This document shows positions 1 to 10,242 of a DNA stretch of 64,000 nucleotides, piece after piece. The notes below the pieces were generated by a model. That model saw only the letters and a program-made list of their open reading frames with translations, had not been told where the DNA came from and did not search any database. The position numbers and the translations under genes are program-made. The stretch is from Setoptus koraiensis (Eukaryota; Animalia; Arthropoda): contig CM106585.1 of the NCBI GenBank assembly GCA_048013815.1, positions 14,694,001 through 14,758,000 on the forward strand, written 5' to 3'. The stretch's first letter is position 1. Every line of letters starts with the position of its first letter.

Positions 1-160
1 AGCTAGTTTTTATGATTCACTAGCACTTGATTTATGTTGCGCGGAGCGCAGTTCAACTCGCTTGCATGCTCAATGGATAAATAAACATTAGATGAAACAT
101 TGTAGATTTCGTTATGTAATTTAATGCGCTCTGCACGCCTGTGGCGGAGAATCCACTGTA

Positions 161-197
161 TATAAATAGAATCAGACATTCGATAGTTAGTTCATTC
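161..197 (+). promoter_or_regulatory. Candidate TATA + Inr core promoter of the SDR gene
   Basis: TATAAA at 161-166. Arthropod Inr-like TTAGTT (187-192) and TCATTC (192-197) lie about 28-33 nt downstream, roughly 115 nt before the ATG at 309. Confidence 0.4.
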
Positions 198-308
198 CAG
201 TAATCAACCTGATCGCGCGTCGTCTCGCAAGCAACAACACTTACACTGTTAGAGTTCATAAATCCAAATTCAAAACATCAACACACAATCTCTTCGAAAA
301 CAATCATC

Positions 309-1061
309 ATGGCAGACCGCAAAGTAGCCCTCGTGACAGGATCTAGTTCGGGTATCGGCGAGGCCATAGCTTATGAGTACGCCAAGTTAGATTATCATGT
401 AGTTATAACAGGTAGAAACCAGGACAGACTGAACAAGGTGGCGGCCAAAGTTACCGAACTCAGTCCGTCCAAACTTGCCCCATTGATCGTTAAAGCGGAC
501 TTCCTGGACATGGCACAAGTCGAAAATTTGTTCAACAAGACCATCGAGAAATTTCAACGTCTAGATATCCTCATCAACAACGCCGGCTACGCAGGAGCTA
601 GCAAAACTCTGGATAAGGGCGACGATTTTATGGTTGACTTCAACAACATTCTTCATGTCAATTTATTTTCATCCGTGCGATTGAGTCAGTTGGCCTTGCC
701 CTACCTGAAGAAAACCAAAGGTTCCATTGTCAATGTATCTTCGATCGCATCAAGAATTGCCGTTCCGTCCGTGTCTTACAGCGTTTCGAAAGCGGGCGTC
801 ACCATGCTGACCAAATGTCTTGCAAACGTTGCAGGATCATCTGGAGTACGAGTCAACACTGTCTCACCTGGACCGATCGCAACAAATTTACTTTCCGATC
901 ATAACAAATACGCCAGTATGACAATTATCAACCGAGTTGGTCAGGCGCAAGAGATCGCCGATTTGGTTGTCTTTGTCACCTCTGACAAAGCGAAGTTTAT
1001 TCATGGGGCCGAGTTGGATATCGACGGTGGAACATGGGTCAAATTTCCATTTCAGCAATGA
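309..1061 (+). CDS. Classical short-chain dehydrogenase/reductase (FabG/3-oxoacyl-ACP reductase-like), intronless, 250 aa
   Basis: Rossmann motif VTGSSSGIG, NNAG, catalytic Ser in NVSS, YSVSK (YxxxK), VRVNTVSPGPIAT and C-terminal GAELDIDGG. Confidence 0.93.
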   Translation: MADRKVALVTGSSSGIGEAIAYEYAKLDYHVVITGRNQDRLNKVAAKVTELSPSKLAPLIVKADFLDMAQVENLFNKTIEKFQRLDILINNAGYAGASKTLDKGDDFMVDFNNILHVNLFSSVRLSQLALPYLKKTKGSIVNVSSIASRIAVPSVSYSVSKAGVTMLTKCLANVAGSSGVRVNTVSPGPIATNLLSDHNKYASMTIINRVGQAQEIADLVVFVTSDKAKFIHGAELDIDGGTWVKFPFQQ

Positions 1062-1085
1062 AGTGATCAGCATTGTCAGGTAATC

Positions 1086-1091
1086 AATAAA
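1086..1091 (+). terminator. Polyadenylation signal of the SDR gene
   Basis: AATAAA 25 nt after the stop codon, followed by U-rich sequence. Confidence 0.5.
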
Positions 1092-2248
1092 CATTTTTCA
1101 AGACAAAAATTTGCCCTTCATAATTGTTAATTTTTCAATGTCCTGCTATTGATCACTAGCATCTTTCGATTGGGTGAATATTTGAGTTATGTCAGCTCCT
1201 TGCGAACACGGCCGATCGCTACTTCGTGGTTGCTTCAAATCTCTCATTCTTTGTAGTCGAGCAGAACAGGATTAAAGAACGCGCCACAAGAGCGTTATTT
1301 TTCATCCAAGTTATCGTTTCAAGCATCGGAAAAAAAAAGTTCAAATTTTCTCCGAGTAAGAGTGCACCATTTCTACGCGGTCGCGAATATATGAAATTCG
1401 AACATAAATCGTCTAGCACATTATTTCAGGAGCTCTCAATTGTCTCTAATGTAGATATATCTAAACATAAGTCGGAATACAGTGGCGGAAACAACCTGCC
1501 GATTGGAGGTTTACTTTGTATTCTCATCACAATCTCTACACCAAAAGGCATCTGACTATCTCAGACTACAGTGAGACAAAAGCTTCAGATGGGTGTTATG
1601 GGGCCAAAATGAACTATTCTCTGAACTCAACTTGGGGTGGCCAAGTTCGACTCAGACCTTGCGTAGCACTGGACGTCACTTTGGCCACTAGTTCAATTTG
1701 CGATAGCTCCCAGTAGTTGAGGTGTCTCCGGTAGATATTTACTCTGCCGGGGCCAGACGGCCATCTTGTTGCGTGGCAGGTGGCCTTTCCATTCTCATGT
1801 CAGTCTAGATTTTCTCATTTCGATGTTTATCGCAAATGTATTTCTAAACTTTCGCCAATTTTCACTCTCAATTAGAATGTCCTGAATGAAATATTCGAAG
1901 CGTTCCCTAAAAGTTGGCTCGCATCATTCGCATAGCTGCTTCCAGGACCCCAATGATCACTGTGAGGCGTTCTTCTTTCATCCACTTAGCGCACATTGGT
2001 CTCAATTCATTGCTCATATCTCACCTGCGACTATCGTTGCTATGCCTGTAATACACTGATCTGATTACTGATGTGGTCACACAATTCATGGACAAATTCA
2101 CCTGCAAACGTTTGTATGGTTTTCCATGGCGTCTACATGCCGAGAGATCAAATTCGATGAATGAGATAGCTGAGTCGAAAAGTATCGAGAGTTTCTACGG
2201 CAGAAAGAACATTAAATTTTATCGTGAAATGTTCACGAACGATCATTT

Positions 2249-2878
2249 TTACTGGTCTGCAAGAGAATCAAGCACTTCCATCAATATCCCGAGGCAACCA
2301 CCGGATTCAGAGGATGAGTAGCTAGAATCATCTGAACGCTCCCAAAATGGAAAACATTTGTTTTCTCCCCCCTCATATTCTTGTTGCTCGTCATATTCTC
2401 CTCCCATTTCTCCTTGTTCTTCATCTTCCTCTCCTTCCTTATTCTTTCCTAATTTCTTTGCTACTTTTTTCAAAATTTTGGCCATAAATTTTTTGTCTTT
2501 CAATTTTTTCATCACTTTGTCCATGACTTTTTTATCCTTCAATTTTTTTGCAAGTTTTTTCTCTTGTTTCTCGTCATTTCCATCCTTAGATTCATGGTTC
2601 TTGGGCTGCTCGTCATCATCTCCATGTTTCATTGATAGTTCTTTCACCTTACTGATCAGTTTCTCCTGCAATGCATGATACTTCAAAGTTTCTTTGCCTT
2701 CAGTGGAGTGATCGTGATTTCCAACGCCTGTATCAGTCGATTCGGGCTGCTCTGCCGGTTCGAGAGTTTTCGGAGCTTTAAAACATCGGGGGCATATTTC
2801 ACTCAATCTAGAAGCTGTCACAAACGAAATGGCCATGCAGACCATGGACAAGAGTAGAATTGAAACAAACACCTTCAT
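2249..2878 (-). CDS. Orphan secreted protein (209 aa): signal peptide, acidic spacers and a Lys-rich amphipathic repeat core
   Basis: Uninterrupted ORF with aacaATG context, hydrophobic N-terminus MKVFVSILLLSMVCMAISFVTA, a CPRC motif, strong K/E/D coding bias and an internal 12-aa repeat KKLKDKK(V/F)M(D/A)K. I recognise no family. Confidence 0.72.
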   Translation of the reverse strand: MKVFVSILLLSMVCMAISFVTASRLSEICPRCFKAPKTLEPAEQPESTDTGVGNHDHSTEGKETLKYHALQEKLISKVKELSMKHGDDDEQPKNHESKDGNDEKQEKKLAKKLKDKKVMDKVMKKLKDKKFMAKILKKVAKKLGKNKEGEEDEEQGEMGGEYDEQQEYEGGENKCFPFWERSDDSSYSSSESGGCLGILMEVLDSLADQ

Positions 2879-5190
2879 TGTTACTCTTGATACGATTGAA
2901 GATTGGATAGAATATTGACATCTGGTTCACACTAATCTGATGAACAAGATTCTGAACAATTTTTTTGCTTTATCCACGTCAGAATAGTTATCAGTCAACC
3001 AGAAATCTGATAACAAGGCTTCAGTGTTGTTAGCTTTTATTATTTAGAACTCATGCTCATTCCTGCCTGGTATTTGTATGCCAAGGATGTATAGAGCTAT
3101 TTTTGATCGCATTGCCGTCATAATCTCATGTCGCAACTCGATAAAAATGTTCATACCTATGGCCAAGGTGAAATACCTTTGCGTTTCATGGATATGATTT
3201 ATATTTATATTTAGAGATGAGCATGAATATTCACAATGTTTTGCGCGTGATTCACACTATACATAGTTTCTTTTAGATCTATGAATATCCGATATCCACG
3301 CAGCGAACATTCAAAGGTTGTTAGAGTGCCAAATTAGACTTCCGTCGCATAAGTTGGACCGAAGAACATTCACTATTTGTCCGTTGCCAATGGACGAAAA
3401 TAGAAATTACTCATGAACTTTCTTTTTTCTTATTGCAATCGCTGTCGCTAAGTGGCGACAAATATCGATAGACAGTTGTCGGATGTATTTTCAGATCATC
3501 ACCATTCCATATATATTTGGCTTCTGAACAGCAATAATTAATGCTTTGGTGAGTATTCGGTCTAGATATGAATAGTGACATCCCTAGTTGCTTACCGCCT
3601 GATGATTGCGACTTTTGTCGGAATGACCCACCATTAACTAAGTGGCATGACGTAAAGCGACTCGGACCTGTGTTCGTGTTAGAAGTAATACTTACTAATA
3701 GTAAGTTATTATTGTGGATGCGAATCGAGCCGAAAATCATATGCATCGAATACCAACTTTTTTTGTCAAAGCTATTCTGACCCTGGCATGTTATCCGCCA
3801 TACTGATTGAAGCGATGGGCGAGAGCGATACTGAAACTTGTCAGACTGTAATTTGGTTGCCAAGACTTCAGCTAAAACAAGCAAAAATAGACAGCTATGT
3901 TGACATGAGTGCGAAACTGATGAGACAATCAGCTCAGCTAAATTATTATTGATTATATCGCGCTCACGTACACAATGATTTGTTGTTGTCGCTATTACAT
4001 TCAATCAACTATTATTAATAATTTATTCATATCATCATATTATTTACATATACATTGGTAATTATGAGTCCACCAATACTCACCTAACGGACACCGTATA
4101 TGCGCTCACTAATACTAGGCGGTCATTTTATTTTATTTATCAGACCTCTCATTCAGAAATGTTTTCATAGTCGTTTATAGCTGAGTTATACATATATACC
4201 TATATACAATGGAGTACCTATACATATAATTACAATTATATATGTAATTGCAATCGCACTCAAAACGTGCCAACATTACCTAATGCGGCGTACCGTTGCG
4301 ATCAGTCTCATATCATGGCAGTATCTTTATCTTTATACGATTTCGTTGATTTCAGTCAGTTATGTGATGTGTATGTCTATTACATAATACATGTAATGGG
4401 CATGCATTTTACGCCTAAGCTCGTGTGTTAACCAACAGCTTCGTGAATATCCAGCAACTATTAATGATGTTGATCTTGGTGTGCCAATAGTGATAATGAT
4501 ATATATATATCCATCTATAAATACATATATATGTACACATGCACAAGGATCAGTTGTGTAATAGGTGCAATAATAAGTGATTACGATGATAATAATATTA
4601 CATAGAATTGATGGTTGTAGTTGTTTGCGCCGATAATGATGATATCAATGTATAATAACGCTAATCATAGTGATAATAGTAATAGTGGTAATAGACGTAA
4701 TAATCGGATCGATGGAAGCAACATTCATTCGTGTATATATATTTATATGTATATAACTAAGTTGATAACTTCTCGATAAGTGGGATAACAACAGTAGGAA
4801 AGATATAAATAATAATGAGCTTAGACTTTTATATTTGCAATTTGTTGTTGCTGTCGTTTTGATGGTTGGTTGAAGTTTGTTGCTACTTATTAGAGATGCC
4901 ATGTATGATTGTTTGTGCTGATATTTGTCTACCAACACTAGGGATATTTATTGAAATTAGGGACCTCTCTCGGTAATAATCCCAGCTTCCAGGGGGAACA
5001 GCCAAACTGGTTTGAATGGGAGACCAGATCACACAATTTATCATTTACCGTAGATTTATAGCTTCATACACGACAGCAACAACAGCAACAACAGCGGCAG
5101 CGTATAGTCAACGGTGATGCAAATAATTTGAATTGTAACATGAGTACAACGAACTATAAAACTGCAATTGTGGTAGATAATTCAAAGTCA

Positions 5191-5490
5191 CTAAACCAAG
5201 CTGTTCTCATCCTCTCTAAATAGATAGGTGGTCCAGTAGACGAGATTAAATAGGGCAAATTTCAGAGGGAAGAATATGCGCGAAATTACATCGATTCGCT
5301 TGGATCTAGATGGGAATTTGTTGAGCCAAGTGCGACAAAAGTTACTTTTCTTTGCCGGCTTAACGTGGATTACGCAAGCCATTTTGTTCTTGTTCAACAT
5401 TTGCGTATTGTTTGGACCATTGTGGCTTCCATCACTCCAAGTCCTTCCGTAATGATCCATCTGATTGTTCATCCTGGCCGAATTGAATTT
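5191..5490 (-). CDS. GluCl: Glutamate-gated chloride channel, last exon (end of M3-M4 loop, M4, stop)
   Basis: Acceptor tgttatatag|AAA (phase 0). Encodes SKRIDVISRIFFPLKFALFNLVYWTTYLFRED*, the GluCl M4 signature. Confidence 0.93.
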   Translation of the reverse strand, partial: KFNSARMNNQMDHYGRTWSDGSHNGPNNTQMLNKNKMACVIHVKPAKKSNFCRTWLNKFPSRSKRIDVISRIFFPLKFALFNLVYWTTYLFREDENSLV

Positions 5491-5508
5491 CTATATAACA
5501 TAGGGATA

Positions 5509-5512
<4 letters not shown>

Positions 5513-5548
<36 letters not shown>
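5513..5548. repeat. (GA)18 microsatellite just upstream of the last GluCl acceptor (reads as a pyrimidine tract on the - strand)
   Basis: Direct reading of the sequence. Confidence 0.95.
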
Positions 5549-5552
<4 letters not shown>

Positions 5553-7808
5553 GAAAAATTGGTTTTTACATTCTGAAAAAACTATCTAGTTGATTTTTTG
5601 CTGCAAGAAAACCGATTTTTCATGAAAAAATCATGTCTGGCACAGAGGTGATTATCGCCCAGACAACGAGACCGCAGCAAAACGAAAAAGCTGATTCTCG
5701 TGAGATGATGTGATACCATTTCATGAACCAATTTCGGTATGATTGAGCACTTTTTTTTTCGGGCCCCTTACGTGCTTTACATTGTATGTGGCTGACGTAC
5801 TCAAGCCAGAGCGAAGGGAAAGTTTCAGAAACTGACGCGAAGACGGCGCAGGTTATAGAGTTGCAACAAAGCTGCTAAGCAGCGGTTTCACTGGATTAAC
5901 AGACTTGACAGCAAGCAGTTGAGGCCCGATAATAACGCAAACAGCTCAAAGTATTTTATTCTCGTATTTCATTTCCTCCGTTACTTTCTGCTCTCTCAAT
6001 AGTGATTTCATTTGAAATGTGAGTGTCAACAGAGCGACGATTCTCACATTTCGTCCAGCTGAATTGTGCTTGGTAGTTGAGTGGTCATTTGTCATGATCG
6101 ATTTGCCGGCCATTAGTTGTGTCGGTTGCCAGAACATGTCATGAGAAGTAGAGACTGGTAGCCGTGGCAGCAACTCTGGCTGTTTTATGTTGCTATTCAG
6201 GGGAGATAACGATGGTCAAAAGTAGCAAATGTGCTTATATAATCAAGCGCAAATGGCACAAGTATGCAAATCAAATGCAATAGAAGCAACAATGGCAACA
6301 ACAGCGCGCCATATATCATCATTTGAGAACAATCGTGGCACTTGTTTCGCGTCGCGAGCAGGCTTTGCCAACCAGCAAATGCTGCTGGCGGCAATAGTGA
6401 CGCAACCGGACAACAAAGTATAAAATCATTAGCTTTGGAGCTGACGATTTCCGATCCTTTCCTGGCACACAGTCAGCTTTTTTCAGCAGCCTACTACTCT
6501 CTGGCCACTGCAAGGCAAAACTTTTTGCACTTAATGCTTTTACCGAGGCCCGCTCAGTTTAGTCGCAGTCTATTTGGCCCCATTCAATTTCTGTCTCATT
6601 TGAATCTATTTTGCTGTTTGACTGGCTGCTGCTCCTCGCCGTGCCTCGCTATTTGGGAAAAAGAGAGAGAGAGAGAGAGCAAAAAAAAAGAGAGTGCCAA
6701 CAGCACTACGTGCCCGTCATCTCTATGTACGGTGGCTGTTATTGCTTCCGTTTTGGACAGGAGCCAGCGCCCGGACCAAGTTGCTTTGTTTCTTTAGTTT
6801 CGCGAGTCTGATTCAATCGAGCGCGACAAGCCCCAACCATGGCAACAGCATATGTTATCTGGCGCTTGCCATATATGTGCCATGTGTATAGAGCAGAGAG
6901 GGCCCCCTCTCTGCCCATTAGAAAACCGCCAGCACCTAGCTCGAGAGACCTAGACCGAGCAAAAGAGAGCCAGAGACATAGAGCAAAAGAAAGGGAGCGA
7001 GCTTGCCACGAATTATTCGCTCTCTGGCTGCACACACACACACACATATAAATGGGCCCATACAAACATGGACAGATGCAGGTCGGTCACACTACGACCA
7101 GACATTAGTCATAGCGAACAAAATCTGTCCATTTCTTCACTTCTTTCTGGCTGTCACCTCGGCTTTTCTTCTCGCCTCACTTGCCTATTTGTGCCCGTTT
7201 TGCTCCCCACTGTGAATTTCACTCGAGAATCATTCGATTCAATCTCGCTGCCCATCTATCGCGCTGTCTGTTCGCCTCTGAGCGGGCCCTCATCTGGGGC
7301 CCGTTGACCATCGCACGTTCACTGCGCCCATTGGATGCTGCTTCTGCTTTTCCTATTCGATTCTTTTTTCGGCTGAAAAGAGTCAAAAAAAGAATCGCGC
7401 AAGTGCAACTCCCAGATCGAACCAATTCAACGCGCAATAACAAAACAAACAAATAAGACGTGCTGACGTGATATGTCGGTTGGCCGGCCTCCATGCATCA
7501 ACAGAAAAATACTTTCTCCGAGCCTCTGTATGGTCGCCCCCGCGAAATTTTCATCGTCGTCATCACGGTTGCCGCTGCTGTTGCTGCTGCTATTTTGGGC
7601 TGCCCATTTAGAACGAAAAACAAGCGTGCCATTTCATGTTTGTCTATGTGCATTTTAAAATTATCTATCGGTCCATCTAGGTTGCTCGATCCCATTAGTT
7701 GTGTGCTCCCACGCAACAGACTCAACAAACGCGAGCGAGCAAAAAAAACGACTAGACAGTTAGTGCTAGCACGAGCAAATATAATAATAATAAAATAAAA
7801 ATACCTAC

Positions 7809-7953
7809 CATTGGGTAGCCTGTGCCATCGTCCATTTGGCTGGTGTCCATCATACTGGGGCTCTTTGGTCCGTTCATGACGGGCGCGTGATTGCCCTGTG
7901 TCACGCCTCTGTGATGACCGGCGCCCCAATGATTATTTGCTTGTTGTTGGTGC

Positions 7954-7988
<35 letters not shown>

Positions 7989-8410
7989 TTGTTGCTGCTG
8001 CTGTTGTTGTTGATGTTGTTGTTGTTGTTGCTTGAGGGCTTCCTCTTCTTGTTGCCGTTGTAACAGATTCAATCTGGCGTGCTCGTGCGCGTCACTACGC
8101 GAGGCATAATTAACAAGGGCAAACTCTAATAAAGCACCAAATACAAATGTCAGACAAACACCGGTCCAAACATCTATGGCCTTGGTATAACTAACGGGCG
8201 GCAATGAGGCATTTATGCCTGATATTTGGGTGGCCATTGTAAGGAGGGTAGTGACACCTAACGACACGCGGGCAGGTATTGCGTTAGGGTCTAGCCAAAA
8301 TGATACCCACGATACAATGACTAACATGCAACAAGGTATATATATCTGGATGAGGTAGTAGCTGAATTCACGCTTAAATATCAGGTCCACCCTCAGGCAA
8401 CTGTAGGCTC
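7809..8410 (-). CDS. GluCl: GluCl exon 5 (loop C end, M1-M3, polyQ-containing intracellular loop)
   Basis: Acceptor ccccacag|GA (phase 1), donor ATG|GTAGGT (phase 0). Encodes [53 protein letters not shown]; PAR motif indicates anion selectivity. Confidence 0.95.
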
Positions 8411-8538
8411 CTGTGGGGCAAACAAACACAACAAAATGTATACATTTTTTAGTTGATCAACATAATTGATATTGTAATTTCTGGTTGCTATTACGCAACC
8501 AGAAAACAAGTTATTGCCTTATATGCATAGAAACTCAC

Positions 8539-8992
8539 CTGTAGTGGTGCGGCTTGTGCAGTAGGCCGTGTTTGAGGTCTCTAGGGTGAAACGGGGCAAT
8601 GTTAATGGGCGATTAATTTGTACGGGGTTTTTCTCTTTCCACATAAACTTGAGATCGTCGTCTAGATAGCCGTAGGAGGCCATTTCAATTGTACAATTTT
8701 GTTTATCTAGCGGATAGTATTTTAAATCCATTGGACAAGCTAGAACTAACGATATTCTAATGGAATATAATATAGAGCCATCACCATTGATACGTATTAA
8801 AACATTTGGCATTATAATCTTGTGAAAGTGGCCCTCTTTTTCGTTACGAAAAAATAGATCTGGTTTCCACAATCTCTCTTGTTCGGTCAATGTAATAGAA
8901 GTGATATTGTAATTCCTATATGAGCTCATCTTGTTGAAGGCCAATCGTTCGTCTACCCACTCTTGGCGCAACGACAATTGCACCGAGTATTC
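8539..8992 (-). CDS. GluCl: GluCl exon 4 (ligand-binding domain with Cys-loop)
   Basis: Acceptor atcgatag|GAA, donor ACAG|GTGAGT. Encodes EYSVQLSLRQEWVDERL, LWKPDLFFRNEKEG, Cys-loop CPMDLKYYPLDKQNC, ASYGY and YCTSRTTT. Confidence 0.95.
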
Positions 8993-9282
8993 CTATCGAT
9001 TTAATTTAATGTATTCCATTGATTTATTTCATTATTTATTCAATTGTTTGGCAGCACAGCGCGCATTATAATTGACAATAATTAAATTACATATAAGATA
9101 AAGTGATCGGGGGCAGTTTCGAATAAACAGACAGTGAATTTGATTAATGATGGCCACTGATGGTTGTTAGCGCAAACCTAATTATCATGTTATGCGCTAA
9201 CTTAATTGTCGTCTAAAGACAGGCCACATCTCGCTCTGTTTGCCAGTAGTTCGAAATAATAAAGAATAAGGCCATTACTCAC

Positions 9283-9350
9283 CATGGTGACGTCATCAAT
9301 CTTTGATATACTCCTAATGAGCGTGTTCACCTTCACTATGGAAGTTCCGT
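9283..9350 (-). CDS. GluCl: GluCl exon 3 (68 nt; missed by the ORF track)
   Basis: Acceptor ctatctag|AC, donor ATG|GTGAGT. Encodes (D)GTSIVKVNTLIRSISKIDDVTM, matching the arthropod GluCl exon 3 peptide; phases fit both neighbours. Confidence 0.92.
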
Positions 9351-9687
9351 CTAGATAGCGGGGTCATTAAGGCATCGTCAGATAATGATGTTAAATTCAT
9401 AGGTTAGTTTAATGCCTGCTTACACCAGCCTCTTTTTTCAATGCGAGCTAGCATCGGAAAAAAAGACTTCCTGCCAAAAAGAGTTCCTATGTGCCTCACA
9501 TTCAGATTTTTCGCATCTCCGCTCGGCAGCGTCTTGCCGACCAACCGTGGATCGAAATTTTCAACTCAAGAAGATCTCGCGCTCACTCGAGTCATGACCG
9601 AGCGAAGCAGCCTGGTTATGGCCTCAAGCCAAATAATACAAATAGTATAAAGAGTTTGCCCATGAGCGGAAATGCTAAGCCACTTAC

Positions 9688-9809
9688 CGTTGCTTCCTGT
9701 GCGATTGTTTTTACCACTTGGACGAATCCTTTTATCGTACCCTTCACCCAAAATTTTATCTACAATTTGTTTCTCTAATTCCCTATTAAATCCCGGTAAT
9801 TTGGCCATA
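9688..9809 (-). CDS. GluCl: GluCl exon 2
   Basis: Acceptor ccaaacag|T (phase 2), donor AACG|GTAAGT. Encodes MAKLPGFNRELEKQIVDKILGEGYDKRIRPSG (conserved YDxRIRP). Confidence 0.9.
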
Positions 9810-10186
9810 CTGTTTGGCGCGTGCGCATGATCGGAGACGAAAAATTTTCCATTGCAGCAGAGATGATTTAACAGACAGACAGAGACAGAGAGAAAGAGGT
9901 GAGTTTCACAAAAAGAATTTAATGAAAAAGAGATAGAGAGAAGCCATAATAAAAAGAGAAAAATTGCATGAGTCAGCCATAGAATAAATTATGAGCTAGC
10001 CGAGTACGTAGCGAATTCATTTCGTCGTCATTTCATTTATTTTCGTCGTCTCATTTCTGCTAGTTTCATTTTTAGTCCGTTTAATTTCATTTCCACTATT
10101 CTAATTTCATTTCGTTCCATCTTATTCCGTCCATTTCATTTCGTTTCGTTACGCAACGTTTAGTTTTGTGTAGTTGGCGTATGTAG

Positions 10187-10242
10187 CTTATTGTGCGTAT
10201 TAAAACAGCGACCGGTAGCAGTATATAGAGTAGGTAATTCAT
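10187..10242 (-). other. GluCl: Proximal signal-peptide-like GluCl exon lacking a canonical donor (AG|CT)
   Basis: Acceptor ctatcgcag at 10261-10262, ATG at 10242, MNYLLYILLPVAVLIRTI followed by AG in the phase needed for exon 2. The next bases are CTACAT rather than GT. Confidence 0.4.

Noticed and set aside
309-1061. Intronless FabG-like SDR considered as a bacterial horizontal transfer
   Set aside because: Intron absence is uninformative in an intron-poor genome and such SDRs are widespread in arthropods; a phylogeny would be needed and nothing in the sequence points to HGT.
1226-1555. + strand ORF containing SEYSGGN, resembling an ABCA signature motif
   Set aside because: No following Walker B or other ABC motifs; most likely chance.
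1500-2245. Protein-like fragments on the - strand (METIQTFAGEFVHELCDH.., RERFEYFIQDILIESENW.., LRAPEI)
   Set aside because: Short, interrupted by many stops and not assignable to a family; the APE-like word has no kinase context.
3411-4004. 197-aa - strand ORF
   Set aside because: Starts at a non-ATG codon, has an S/R/L/H-rich non-coding-like composition and no recognisable motif.
8351-8361. 11-nt perfect complement to the let-7 5' end in the GluCl mRNA (CTACTACCTCA)
   Set aside because: Lies in the CDS and is explained by the conserved S-Y-Y-L codons; CDS seed sites are weak.
9810-9985. Open hydrophobic frame directly upstream of GluCl exon 2 (WLTHAIFLFLLWLLS..)
   Set aside because: No in-frame ATG after the upstream TAA; explained by a CT-rich intron tract.
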